Shown: positions 20,721 to 31,643 of the stretch, piece by piece
How positions within the stretch are numbered: position 1 is the first letter of the stretch
Layout: every line of letters starts with the position of its first letter
NCBI GenBank assembly: GCA_963715335.1
Contig: CAVQRZ010000001.1
Location: 160,001-224,000 of the forward strand
DNA from: an uncultured delta proteobacterium
GTDB taxonomy: Bacteria > Desulfobacterota > Desulfuromonadia > Desulfuromonadales > BM103
DNA: 64,000 nucleotides
Direction of reading: 5' to 3'
Notes under the pieces: generated by a model
The model's database searches: none
The model's input: the letters and a program-made list of their open reading frames with translations, nothing else
What the model was told of the DNA's origin: nothing
Made by a program: the position numbers and the translations under genes

Positions 20721-20843
20721 GCCTATGCACTTTTTTCAGGATTGGTCTTTCTGGTGGTTGTCGGTCTTGTTTTCATGCCTCTGGTCCATCGCCTGCTGCA
20801 CCGGTTTCATTTTGATATAGACGATATGAACGACCCGGATTGA
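20721..20843 (+). pseudogene. C-terminal remnant of a small membrane protein
   Basis: Reads 'AYALFSGLVFLVVVGLVFMPLVHRLLHRFHFDIDD*', with no recognisable N-terminal half. Confidence 0.45.
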
Positions 20844-20905
20844 TCAACGGGGAGGTTTTGCAAAACGCTCTTCTGCTTGAAATTTCTAAACAAGGAGTAT
20901 CCTAG

Positions 20906-21610
20906 ATGAACAAAAGTCTCTCGCATATCAACCCCGCCTGCCAGATCTGCGGTTGCGACAAGCACTGCGACCTCCATCGCGGCGTGTTCGTTCGGCCGCT
21001 GGTGGCCGACTTGATTCGCAAGGATTTTACTCACTGGTCAGAGGATGGCTGGATCTGTACTGAGGATCTGCAGAATTATCGTCACAAGTACATCCGGCAA
21101 CTGCTTGAGGAAGAGAAAGGTGAGATCAGCTCTCTGGAACAGGAAGTTATCGAGAGCCTGCGACAGCAGGAGATATTATCGATCAATCCGGACGCCGAGC
21201 ATGTCGCGGGGATGACTGTAGGGCAGCGCATGGCCGATCGACTCGCCAGTCTGGCCGGCAGTTGGACATTCATCCTCTCCTTCGCCGGAGTCCTGCTGTG
21301 CTGGATCCTGATCAACACGATCAGCCTGCTCCGTCAGCCATTCGACCCCTACCCGTATATCCTGCTGAACCTGGTGCTGTCGTGCCTCGCTGCCATGCAG
21401 GCCCCGATCATCATGATGAGCCAGAGCCGACAGGAAGCCAGAGACCGCCTGCATGCCCAGCGCGATTATCAGGTCAACTTAAAGGCCGAACTTGAGATTC
21501 GGCATTTGCACCAGAAAATCGACCACCTGCTCTCGCACCAGTGGGAAAGGCTGATTGAAATCCAGGACATTCAGATGGAGTTGATCAACGAGGTGAAGCA
21601 AAGAAAGTGA
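20906..21610 (+). CDS. DUF1003 membrane protein
   Basis: 'GQRMADRLASLAGSWTFI', 'FDPYPYILLNLVLSCLAAMQAPIIMMSQ' and 'DYQVNLKAELEI'. Confidence 0.9.
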   Translation: MNKSLSHINPACQICGCDKHCDLHRGVFVRPLVADLIRKDFTHWSEDGWICTEDLQNYRHKYIRQLLEEEKGEISSLEQEVIESLRQQEILSINPDAEHVAGMTVGQRMADRLASLAGSWTFILSFAGVLLCWILINTISLLRQPFDPYPYILLNLVLSCLAAMQAPIIMMSQSRQEARDRLHAQRDYQVNLKAELEIRHLHQKIDHLLSHQWERLIEIQDIQMELINEVKQRK

Positions 21611-21701
21611 TCTTGGCCAGCGGCGAGCGCCTCATGGCCTCTTGGCCAGGAACGTTCTTCCCGGGCCCGGCTTAAACATCCTTTTCGAGGCGGAGGCAGC
21701 A

Positions 21702-21825
21702 ATGCTTAAAACCGAATGGCAAGGTGAGCACAACATTCTTATCATCACCCCGGAAGGAAGACTCGAGGCCGAAGCTTTTGTCCGGTTGGCGCAGGAAGTC
21801 GATCCATATCTCGAAGAACATGCTC
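21702..21825 (+). pseudogene. N-terminal remnant of a SpoIIAA-like (STAS/SEC14) protein
   Basis: SD GGAGG then 'MLKTEWQGEHNILIITPEGRLEAEAFVRLAQEVDPYLEEH', after which the resemblance ends just before the katG terminator. Confidence 0.5.
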
Positions 21826-21864
21826 ACGCCGGTACCCACTATCGTCCGACACGGGGTACCATAA

Positions 21865-21901
21865 TAAAAAAGGCCAGCTTAATAGCTGGCCTTTTCTTTT
21901 T
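21865..21901. terminator. Bidirectional intrinsic terminator downstream of katG
   Basis: AAAAAAGGCCAGCT-taat-AGCTGGCCTTTTCTTTT. Confidence 0.8.
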
Positions 21902-21939
21902 AAGGGCTTCAAAAGCCTACAAAAACATTGCTACTACGA

Positions 21940-24147
<2,208 letters not shown>

Positions 24148-24246
24148 TTACAGACATTTACAGTTACTAGCGACGTTTGGATGTTTGGGGGTTGACAGGT
24201 TAAAGTCTTTCCACTTTTATCACAACTTATAGGCTTGTCAATATTA

Positions 24247-24265
24247 ATGGATAATTATTATCCAT
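24247..24265. promoter_or_regulatory. Fur/PerR-family operator upstream of katG
   Basis: Perfect 9-1-9 palindrome ATGGATAAT-T-ATTATCCAT next to a minus-strand TTGACA (24241-24236). Confidence 0.72.
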
Positions 24266-24292
24266 AAGTTCTCAAAAAAAATAACGCTGCTT

Positions 24293-24751
24293 TCAGTTCT
24301 TCTGGCAGGTCGGGCAAACGCCGAAAAACTCGACTTGATGTGAGACGATTTTATAGCCGGTGGTTTTCGCCACTTCAGAGGTCAAGCGCTCAAGTTGATT
24401 CACTTCGGGATCGATGATGCTTTGACATTGCGTGCAGATCAGGTGAGGGTGCGGATACGGCTTGTTGCCATCGTAGCGGTTGCAACCATCGGCAAAACTG
24501 ATCTCGAGAATTTCACCGATCTCTTTCAACAGGTTTACGGTCTTGTAGACCGTCGCCAGACTGGTGGTCGGGAAGTTGATCCTGACCTGCCCATAAACCC
24601 GTTCGACGCTCGGATGTTCATTACTGAAAAGAAATGCCTTGAGGATGGCGATCCGCTGCGGCGTGATACGAAACTCACTTTGACGGAGTTTGTCGAGGAT
24701 TTCATCCAGTCTTTCTTGTGGATTCTTCACGTTGTCACCATGTGCAATCAC
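24293..24751 (-). CDS. Fur-family regulator, PerR-like
   Basis: 'RITPQRIAIL', 'HPSVE', 'SLATVYKT' and 'HPHLICTQC...CPTC' (two CxxC). Directly upstream of katG. The start may be the GTG near 24730. Confidence 0.88.
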   Translation of the reverse strand: MIAHGDNVKNPQERLDEILDKLRQSEFRITPQRIAILKAFLFSNEHPSVERVYGQVRINFPTTSLATVYKTVNLLKEIGEILEISFADGCNRYDGNKPYPHPHLICTQCQSIIDPEVNQLERLTSEVAKTTGYKIVSHQVEFFGVCPTCQKN

Positions 24752-24761
24752 CGCATAAATC

Positions 24762-24774
24762 GAGAATCATTCTT
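24762..24774. promoter_or_regulatory. Second Fur/Per-like box (possible autoregulation)
   Basis: GAGAAT-C-ATTCTT immediately upstream of the regulator. Confidence 0.45.
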
Positions 24775-24949
24775 TGTAAACAATCACAAATAAAACTCAG
24801 GAAGTCAAGTTTACAGATCCGATCGTTAAACACGACCCTGTTATGGAATCGAGTATCTTTGTCTTTTGGCTCGGCTTTTGAGAAGGACGCATACCCCATG
24901 AGCAGGACGTCGCAGGTCGCTCGTTCACCCCCGGAGGCGCTCCGACTCT

Positions 24950-26170
24950 CTAAGCACTTGATGACGCCCCCACGGACGCGGGCGCACTCGCAACGGCCAA
25001 CTTAAGTTCGGCAATGAATCTGTCGATCTCCTGCAGGCTATTATAATAGTGCAGCGAGGCCCGCAGCAGTGCCGGCAGATCACGGTTTTTCGCGCTGACC
25101 GGATTGGCAGAGAACGGCACCAGCGAGGTGTTGATGCCGCGTGACAGCAGCTGTTGCTGCAGCTTCTCGGCAGGAACCTGCCCGGCAAACATCGTGACGA
25201 TACCGGATTGTTCGAGTCCCTGGTCGGCAACGGTAACACCATCGACATCGGTCAACCTGCGGCGCAGTTCCGCGGCGAGCAAGCCGATGCGCTGATTGAT
25301 GGCTTCGAGCCCCCAATCGAGGGCATAATCTATCGCCACGCCCAGGGCGACCTGGCCGGCACAGCTACGCTCCCAGCATTCAAAGCGCTTCGCATCTGCA
25401 CGCAACCGGTATGCGTCGATACTTATCAATTCTGCAGCATGGTGATTAAGCTGACTCGGTTCAAGTTGCTCGAGCAACGACCTGCGTACATAGAGCAGCC
25501 CCGTTCCGCGCGGACCACGCAGAAATTTGCGCCCGGTGCCACAAAGCATATCGCAACCGATTTGTTCAACATCAATGGGCATCTGACCGAGTGACTGGCA
25601 GGCATCGAGCAGGTAGGGGACCTCCGCAGCGTTCGCTACCTGACCGACCGCGGCGGCCGGATTGACCAGACCGTCCCCGGAAGGGATGTGGGTCAGACAA
25701 ATCAGGCGTACCCGGGAATCGATCAGCTGTTCCAAAGTCGCGACATCGATCTGTCCATGCTCGTCATCCGGCACCCAGGTAATCTCAACGCCTCGCTGAT
25801 GGGCCAGATGCAGGAAGGCGACCAGGTTACTGCCGTACTCGCTGCAGCCGGCGAGGATGCGGTCTCCAGGTTGCAGGTCCAGCGCATAAAAGGCAGCGCT
25901 CCAGGCCCGGGTGGCGCTGTCGCTGAATGCGATTTCAGAAGAGGCGCAATTGAGCAGCCTGGCCGCGGCAGAATAGAAGTTCGCCAATTCGTCAGCACGC
26001 CTTGCCATGGTCTCGTAGCCACCGTTCAGTTCCTCTTCATGCAGGTAGCCGTAGAGAGCATCGGCGACCGGGATCGGCGGCAGGGAGGCTCCGGCATTAT
26101 TGAAATGGATCACCGTTTCACAGCCCCGCGTGTCGCGGCGGGCCTTATCGGCATCAAAAGCCGGTGGCAT
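24950..26170 (-). CDS. PLP-dependent class V enzyme, EgtE-like C-S lyase (candidate ovothiol sulfoxide lyase)
   Basis: 'HFNNAGAS', 'LLDACQSLGQ', PLP-lysine motif 'GTGRKFLRGPRGTG' and 'RASLHYYN'. It has no C-terminal persulfide-Cys loop, and its start overlaps the ovoA stop (TGATG). Confidence 0.8.
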   Translation of the reverse strand: MPPAFDADKARRDTRGCETVIHFNNAGASLPPIPVADALYGYLHEEELNGGYETMARRADELANFYSAAARLLNCASSEIAFSDSATRAWSAAFYALDLQPGDRILAGCSEYGSNLVAFLHLAHQRGVEITWVPDDEHGQIDVATLEQLIDSRVRLICLTHIPSGDGLVNPAAAVGQVANAAEVPYLLDACQSLGQMPIDVEQIGCDMLCGTGRKFLRGPRGTGLLYVRRSLLEQLEPSQLNHHAAELISIDAYRLRADAKRFECWERSCAGQVALGVAIDYALDWGLEAINQRIGLLAAELRRRLTDVDGVTVADQGLEQSGIVTMFAGQVPAEKLQQQLLSRGINTSLVPFSANPVSAKNRDLPALLRASLHYYNSLQEIDRFIAELKLAVASAPASVGASSSA

Positions 26171-28278
26171 CAGGAGAGCTTCTCCCAGACCGTCAGTTGC
26201 GAGAGGGTATGCTGGAACTTGCGCGCCGTTTCACGCAGCACGAAAGGCACATCGCGCGGCTCGCCGAGCCTTCTGAAATGTCCGCCAAGCTGCTCCTCGA
26301 GGCCCTCGAGCGTCGTCAAAGGTTCCCCGGCGCGACGGACTCCGCCGACCCAGTTCTGTATGTCCGTATACTCCTCCAACCAGGTGTAAGGTGAGGCAAT
26401 CACCAGCAGGCCACAGGGATTGATGCGCTCGTGGATACCGCAGAGAAACCGTTTCGGATCGTAGAGTCGGTCGAGCAGGTTTGCCGCCAGGACCAGGTCA
26501 TAACCAGTGAACTGAGGCTTGAGGTTGTGCGCATCCCCCTGGACGAACTCAATTTTTTTAGCCAGCCCGTCGAGCCCGAATTCACTCAGCCGCTTTTCGT
26601 GGAAGGAGACGATTTCACCCTCCTCGGTGAGCTGGTAGTGAATCAGGCCCTTCTCCTGCAGTTGGTGCGCGATCCGGATAAAGCGGGCAGAAAAATCAAT
26701 CCCTGTGACAAAGTGGAAAGATCTTGACAGCTCGAAACTGCTGCGACCAACAGCACAACCAATATCCAGGGCCCGATTCATCGGTCGTTTACCCATTTCC
26801 GCCACACAGATTTCAGCGAGCTGCCTGGGGAAATTGGCTATGTCGAATTTGTCTGGCCCGAAATGAGCATCACAGTACTGGGCAACCGCGTCGTCGGTTT
26901 CGTACATCGCTTTCGGTTCCACGACAGCCTGTTCTGCAGAAACGTAGCGGAACCCGGCGTGCTGAAAGAAATGCCTGCGGAATGCATAACGTGAATCACG
27001 CGTAGCCTCGTTGCCGGTCGAGATCCATGATCCGCCCTTGATCAGGTTGTGCTGGGTGTCGAAAGTCGGGGTAGAAAAATCATCGTAGTAAGGATGCACT
27101 TCAAAGCCGTCGAAGCCGGTAATCGGGGTTTCGGTCCACTGCCAGACATTGCCGATCAGGTCGTAAAAGTCACCGAAAGCAAAGCGGTTGACCGGGCATG
27201 AAGAGGCCCAATGTTCAAGATTGATGTTGCCAGGAGCCCTGGCCCAGTAGGGCTGGTCGGGGATCTCGTGGCGATCGCGCAGCAGGTACCATTCATCCTC
27301 TGTGGGCAGGCGAATCGGCAGGCCGGTCCTTGTTGCCTGCCAATTACAATAAGCTTTGGCTTCCAGATAATTGACCTCGACCGGCCAGTCCCACGGCATG
27401 ACAATTTCCCGGGCCATGGTGCGAAAACGATAGCCGGCATTGTCCTTGATCCAGAAAAGCGGCTGGCTGGCTTTGCTGAATTGCAGCCAATGCCGGCCCT
27501 CTTCCGTCCAGCATGTTTCATCCTGGTAACCGCCAGCCTCGACAAACTCCAGATATTCACGATTCGAAACCAGGTATTTACTGGCAGAGAAGTCTTCAAC
27601 CGTGAACCTGTGCTGGCCAAATTCATTATCCCAACCGTAAAGCGGATGATCTTTGTTTTTGCCAATCCGGACTTCACCGCCAGGGACACCCAGAAGCTGA
27701 TTTTGCGGCGCGTCACCCGTATCAGTGCAGATCTCCCAGAGGGGTAATTGTCGGACCTTCTCGATCGGCAGCCGGCGAATAATTACGGAAGAGGTTTCCA
27801 GGTGAATGCGCTGATGCTCGATCCCCATCATGATCACCCAGAACGGGTTACTCCAGTCGATCGGCAAGGTCAGCGGCAGCGTTTCAATGACGTCGTTGAC
27901 CCGCTGCCGGACCTGGTCGCGATAGGCTTTGACTTCAGCGACGGTCGGCCAGTCGTAATTCTCGGCGTTGAGGTCATCCCAGGACATCTCGTCGACACCG
28001 ATAGCGAACATCGACTCAAAGTGCGGATTGATCCGATCCTCGATAAGCTTGGCGACGATCAGCTTGTTGATATAGAAAACTGCCGTATGGCCAAGGTAAA
28101 AGATCAGCGGATGACGCAACGGTTCTGCGCGCTGGCAAAATGCGGCATCATCGGCAAGCGTCTCGTAGAGCTGCTCATCGATACTGTAGGTCTTGTGAAA
28201 GTAATCGAGGATTTCGGCGCGCTTTTCGTCCGGCGTGCCGAGGTTCAGGATGGTTGTACGGGTATTGCGAAGCACCAC
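26170..28278 (-). CDS. ovoA: 5-histidylcysteine sulfoxide synthase with C-terminal methyltransferase (ovothiol synthase)
   Basis: DinB-like 'LRHPLIFYLGHTA', Fe motif 'EHQRIHLETSSV', FGE-like 'YGWDNEFG', 'GNVWQW' and 'RYAFRRHFFQHAGFRY', and SAM motif 'ALDIGCAVGRSSFEL'. Probable GTG start at 28278/28275 after GGAG; the ORF extends to 28311. Confidence 0.93.
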   Translation of the reverse strand: MVLRNTRTTILNLGTPDEKRAEILDYFHKTYSIDEQLYETLADDAAFCQRAEPLRHPLIFYLGHTAVFYINKLIVAKLIEDRINPHFESMFAIGVDEMSWDDLNAENYDWPTVAEVKAYRDQVRQRVNDVIETLPLTLPIDWSNPFWVIMMGIEHQRIHLETSSVIIRRLPIEKVRQLPLWEICTDTGDAPQNQLLGVPGGEVRIGKNKDHPLYGWDNEFGQHRFTVEDFSASKYLVSNREYLEFVEAGGYQDETCWTEEGRHWLQFSKASQPLFWIKDNAGYRFRTMAREIVMPWDWPVEVNYLEAKAYCNWQATRTGLPIRLPTEDEWYLLRDRHEIPDQPYWARAPGNINLEHWASSCPVNRFAFGDFYDLIGNVWQWTETPITGFDGFEVHPYYDDFSTPTFDTQHNLIKGGSWISTGNEATRDSRYAFRRHFFQHAGFRYVSAEQAVVEPKAMYETDDAVAQYCDAHFGPDKFDIANFPRQLAEICVAEMGKRPMNRALDIGCAVGRSSFELSRSFHFVTGIDFSARFIRIAHQLQEKGLIHYQLTEEGEIVSFHEKRLSEFGLDGLAKKIEFVQGDAHNLKPQFTGYDLVLAANLLDRLYDPKRFLCGIHERINPCGLLVIASPYTWLEEYTDIQNWVGGVRRAGEPLTTLEGLEEQLGGHFRRLGEPRDVPFVLRETARKFQHTLSQLTVWEKLS

Positions 28279-28418
28279 AGAATCTCCATTGATTAGCAGT
28301 TGATTGATCATTATAACAAGCTCGGTGGAAAATCAAAGATAAGGGGCCTGAACAAATATTAAAGGACCAGACTGCCGAGGAGAATGGAATCTCTGCCGAT
28401 GGTTGCGGCAGACCCATT

Positions 28419-28454
28419 AAAAAGGCCTGCGGCGTTTTCGCTGCAGGCCTTTTT
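28419..28454. terminator. Bidirectional intrinsic terminator
   Basis: AAAAAGGCCTGCGGCG-tttt-CGCTGCAGGCCTTTTT. Confidence 0.8.
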
Positions 28455-28579
28455 GAACCTGATTCATTCGGTTGTAAAGTCCGGGGAGGATCAATCATAC
28501 GGGACATCTCTTCGAGGAGCATCCCTCCCCTCAGCGGCGCCAGCCCGCGCACCGGAGGGAGAATCTCACCCCGCAGAGC

Positions 28580-29191
28580 TCAGAACAGACCACTTTCCTG
28601 CAGGGCCTTGCCGAGCGTCTCGAGGTAGGACGCGATGGCTTTGGGTGGCGTATTTTCACGCGTTTCGGTGATCGCCGACCAGAGGACCTTGTCCGTGGCG
28701 ATGTCGTATATGACTGTTTCAACCGTCGAGATATAGTTTTCTGTGACATAGCCTGGGGCGTTGAACGCATTGTAGCCGGCTCCGTAATAATTGTACCAGC
28801 CTCCCCGGTAACGATTGCCGTAGAAACCATCGTAGTACGATGGGCCGCCATGGTAGACCGCTTCCACCTTGCGATCGACCAGACGGGCAATCAGGACACC
28901 ATCAATGCCGTATTCCTTACTCATTTTGGCGGCCTTGTCCTTGTCAATCTGGTCAATGTTCGGAAATGAATCAAGGGTCGGTATCGCCCGAAGCTCCTCT
29001 CCGTTCAGGATATTAACAATGCCGTACTCGACTGAATCCCGATAGGCAGGCTCCTTGAGTACCGCCAGGACAAAAACCTTGGCGAGCTTTTCTGTCCGGG
29101 TTTCATCTTTCCAGACACTCTCGACGTCGGTCGTGGCGCAAGCAGAAAGCGCCAGGACCAGACAGCAAAGCAACCACCATAACCTGTTCAT
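28580..29191 (-). CDS. Hypothetical lipoprotein (DUF4136-like)
   Basis: Lipobox 'LALSAC', a Tyr/Gly-rich loop and 'VETVIYDIATDKVLWSA'. SD AAGGAG is present. Confidence 0.75.
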   Translation of the reverse strand: MNRLWWLLCCLVLALSACATTDVESVWKDETRTEKLAKVFVLAVLKEPAYRDSVEYGIVNILNGEELRAIPTLDSFPNIDQIDKDKAAKMSKEYGIDGVLIARLVDRKVEAVYHGGPSYYDGFYGNRYRGGWYNYYGAGYNAFNAPGYVTENYISTVETVIYDIATDKVLWSAITETRENTPPKAIASYLETLGKALQESGLF

Positions 29192-29396
29192 CCATCAAAC
29201 TCCTTAAGAGAATCCAGCACAGTCGACTGGGCAGGCCCTGTTCTCAACCGCAGGCTCAGCCTTGCTGAGCTGTTTTAAATTTACCCGAACAGACTGCATA
29301 CACGGCTATCGAAACAAGCGAGCAAGCAAAACGGCAGCCTGTCACAGCCAGGCTACCGTTGTTTAATTTCATAATTCGGTCGCATGAGGCAGAAGG

Positions 29397-29801
29397 TTAA
29401 CGGCAGCGCATCTTTCTTTTACCATCTTCAAAAAGAACTTCGACCTTCTGTGGGCCGAGATTGCCCTGTACGAGCCCGAGGCCGAACATGGGATGCTTCA
29501 TTACGGAGCCCACTTTGAAGGCGGTTTCCATAGTGTAGGTGGTGGCGTCCTTGGCTTCTATGTCAGCCTGCAGTTTCAACCACTCTTTTTGCTCGGCGAT
29601 TGCCGGATCTACGGCGCGGCGCGGTGCCGGTTTTTTTCGAACCGTAGGCGGACGATATTTGTGTTGGCCACTGCAGGTGTTGCACTGAACCTTGGCTGGT
29701 ACGCCCTCGGCCACGGCGACGATAATGTGATTGGTGATTTTACGGCATTTTGTGCAACGCGACTCGATCGGGTCGCCGGCGGCAAGCATAGTGCTTTGCA
29801 T
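29397..29801 (-). CDS. Hypothetical Zn-ribbon protein
   Basis: 'CTKC...NHII...CNTC...H' and C-terminal 'HPMFGLGLV...VLFEDG'. Confidence 0.75.
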   Translation of the reverse strand: MQSTMLAAGDPIESRCTKCRKITNHIIVAVAEGVPAKVQCNTCSGQHKYRPPTVRKKPAPRRAVDPAIAEQKEWLKLQADIEAKDATTYTMETAFKVGSVMKHPMFGLGLVQGNLGPQKVEVLFEDGKRKMRCR

Positions 29802-29842
29802 GACTTGACTCCCTGTTGTTTGGCCTGGGACGAGATGGCCGG

Positions 29843-30013
29843 TTAATCTGGCTGGGTTAAAACGTTGTCCGAAGATTCTGCGGGAGAGGCTTCTTCCCCC
29901 TCGACAGCAGTTTCTTCTTCGCCAGATTTGCGCTTTCTCTTCTCTTCCTTCTTGGCTTTTTTTGCTATTTCCTTCTGGCGTTTTTCATAACCATAATTTG
30001 GCTTACGACCCAT
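29843..30013 (-). CDS. Small basic/acidic hypothetical protein
   Basis: AAAGGGG SD then 'MGRKPNYGYEKRQKEIAKKAKKEEKRKRK' and an acidic tail. Confidence 0.65.
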   Translation of the reverse strand: MGRKPNYGYEKRQKEIAKKAKKEEKRKRKSGEEETAVEGEEASPAESSDNVLTQPD

Positions 30014-30072
30014 GAAGTTCCCCTTTGGTTTTACACCTGACCCAGAATTCAACTCAAGCCAGGCAGTCCCAC

Positions 30073-30108
30073 AAAAAAAGCCCTACGGAATATCCGTAGG
30101 GCTATTCT
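30073..30108 (-). terminator. Intrinsic terminator of the cold-shock gene
   Basis: AAAAAAAGCCCTACGGA-ata-TCCGTAGGGCT, with the U-tract on the minus strand. Confidence 0.78.
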
Positions 30109-30132
30109 GTCTATCTTCGTGCAAAAGAGGAG

Positions 30133-30333
30133 TTAGATCCTCTGCACATTCGAAGACTGCGGGCCTTTGGCGCCATCGGAGACGTCAAAGCTTACCCGGT
30201 CGCCCTCGGCAAGAGACTTGAAGCCGTCGCCCTGAATTTGCGAAAAGTGGACAAAAACGTCCGGACCATTGTCCTGCTCGATAAAACCAAACCCTTTTGC
30301 GTCATTGAACCACTTTACTGTACCTTGTGCCAT
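30133..30333 (-). CDS. Cold-shock protein (CspA family)
   Basis: '[18 protein letters not shown]' (RNP1) and 'DVFVHFS' (RNP2); 66 aa. Confidence 0.96.
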   Translation of the reverse strand: MAQGTVKWFNDAKGFGFIEQDNGPDVFVHFSQIQGDGFKSLAEGDRVSFDVSDGAKGPQSSNVQRI

Positions 30334-30613
30334 TTTTCCTACTCCTCGTGTTTTTTCAACACTCTGCTTGGTGTGCAAATCCTGCCTGCTGCATAAAACA
30401 AAAAAGCCACATAGCCCAAAGCGGTCTGTGTGGTTTTTCCTGACTGATTAACTTTTTAATCGTGCCCGGCAAACTGCTGCACAAACGTTTAACTTAAGAG
30501 CGAAGCTAGCACGTCTTACCAGTACAATGCAAGGGAATTCTCATTTCCCGTATAAACCGCAGTCTTTTATCTCCGCAATGGGGATAAAAAAAGCAGCCAC
30601 TGGCTTGCAGATT

Positions 30614-31480
30614 CTACTCTACCGGCTTACCCATATCGCAGAGCAGTTCCTGGCGCAAATGATGGGTAACCGGCCCGACCAGCCCCTGGTTAATCGTAAA
30701 AGCATCGACCTTGACGACCGGCATCACCTCAAGCGAGGTGGAGGTGATAAAGACCTCGTCGGCGAATTTCAGGTCCTGCAATTTGAACTCCCCGGTGATG
30801 ACCCGCAGGTTCAGTTTCTCCTCGCACAGCCGCATGATCGTTGAGCGGGTCACGCCTTCCAGCAGGCCGGTGGACGCATCCGGGGTAAAAATCCACTTGT
30901 CCTTGACCCAGAAGATGTTTGAAGAAGCCCCTTCACAGATGTGCTCCTTGTTATTCAGCATAATCACCTCGAAAGCGCCTGCCGCACGGGCTTCAAGCTT
31001 GCCCAACAGACTGTTGAGGTTGCTGATCGATTTGATCTTCGGATTGATGGCTTCCGGGGCATTGCGGCGCGTCTGCGCCACCCGCAACTGGATCCCGTGC
31101 TGATACAGCGCGCTGTCAAAGCCTTGGAACTCGCGGCCGATCACCAGACAGGTCAGATCATTCTCCAGCTCGCGCTGAAACCCGATCTGCCCCTTACCGC
31201 GGGTTATGGTTATCCGGTAATAAGCATTATTGAGGGAGTTTCTTGTACGCAGCTCCGTCAGGACCGTTTCCAACTCCTGCCGGGTAAAGATCACCGGGTA
31301 GCAGAGAGCTTCTGCCGATTGCAGGAGCCGCTGGTAATGTTGGGGAACCTGGTAGAGGTGATCACCGATCGAACGGAAACTTTCGAAGATGCCGTCGCCA
31401 TAGAGGAATCCCTGGTCAAACACGGACACCATCGCTTCATCGGCCTTGATAAACTCACCATTCAAATAAACATAACTCAT
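30614..31480 (-). CDS. Class IV aminotransferase (IlvE/PabC/Dat-like)
   Basis: 'DQGFLYGDGIFES', 'KIKS', 'EGASSNIF', 'LEGVTR' and 'ADEVFITST'. Confidence 0.9.
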   Translation of the reverse strand: MSYVYLNGEFIKADEAMVSVFDQGFLYGDGIFESFRSIGDHLYQVPQHYQRLLQSAEALCYPVIFTRQELETVLTELRTRNSLNNAYYRITITRGKGQIGFQRELENDLTCLVIGREFQGFDSALYQHGIQLRVAQTRRNAPEAINPKIKSISNLNSLLGKLEARAAGAFEVIMLNNKEHICEGASSNIFWVKDKWIFTPDASTGLLEGVTRSTIMRLCEEKLNLRVITGEFKLQDLKFADEVFITSTSLEVMPVVKVDAFTINQGLVGPVTHHLRQELLCDMGKPVE

Positions 31481-31643
31481 TCGCCTGCTTCCTTTCGGAA
31501 CACTAACATCCTGGTAAAGACTATGCCATTGCCTGGGACAAGGTCAACCTGCCGAGATCATATTCGACAGGATGCAAACCGACTGGATTCAGGTTAGAAT
31601 GTAACCCTGACACCAGCAAAAAGCCAACCCGGAGTTCCCCAGC

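Noticed and set aside
26170..28311. ovoA as a selenium-pathway (SenA/OvsA-like) or EgtB enzyme
   Set aside because: No selenophosphate synthetase or SenB-like glycosyltransferase is adjacent. The domain order with a C-terminal methyltransferase matches canonical OvoA.
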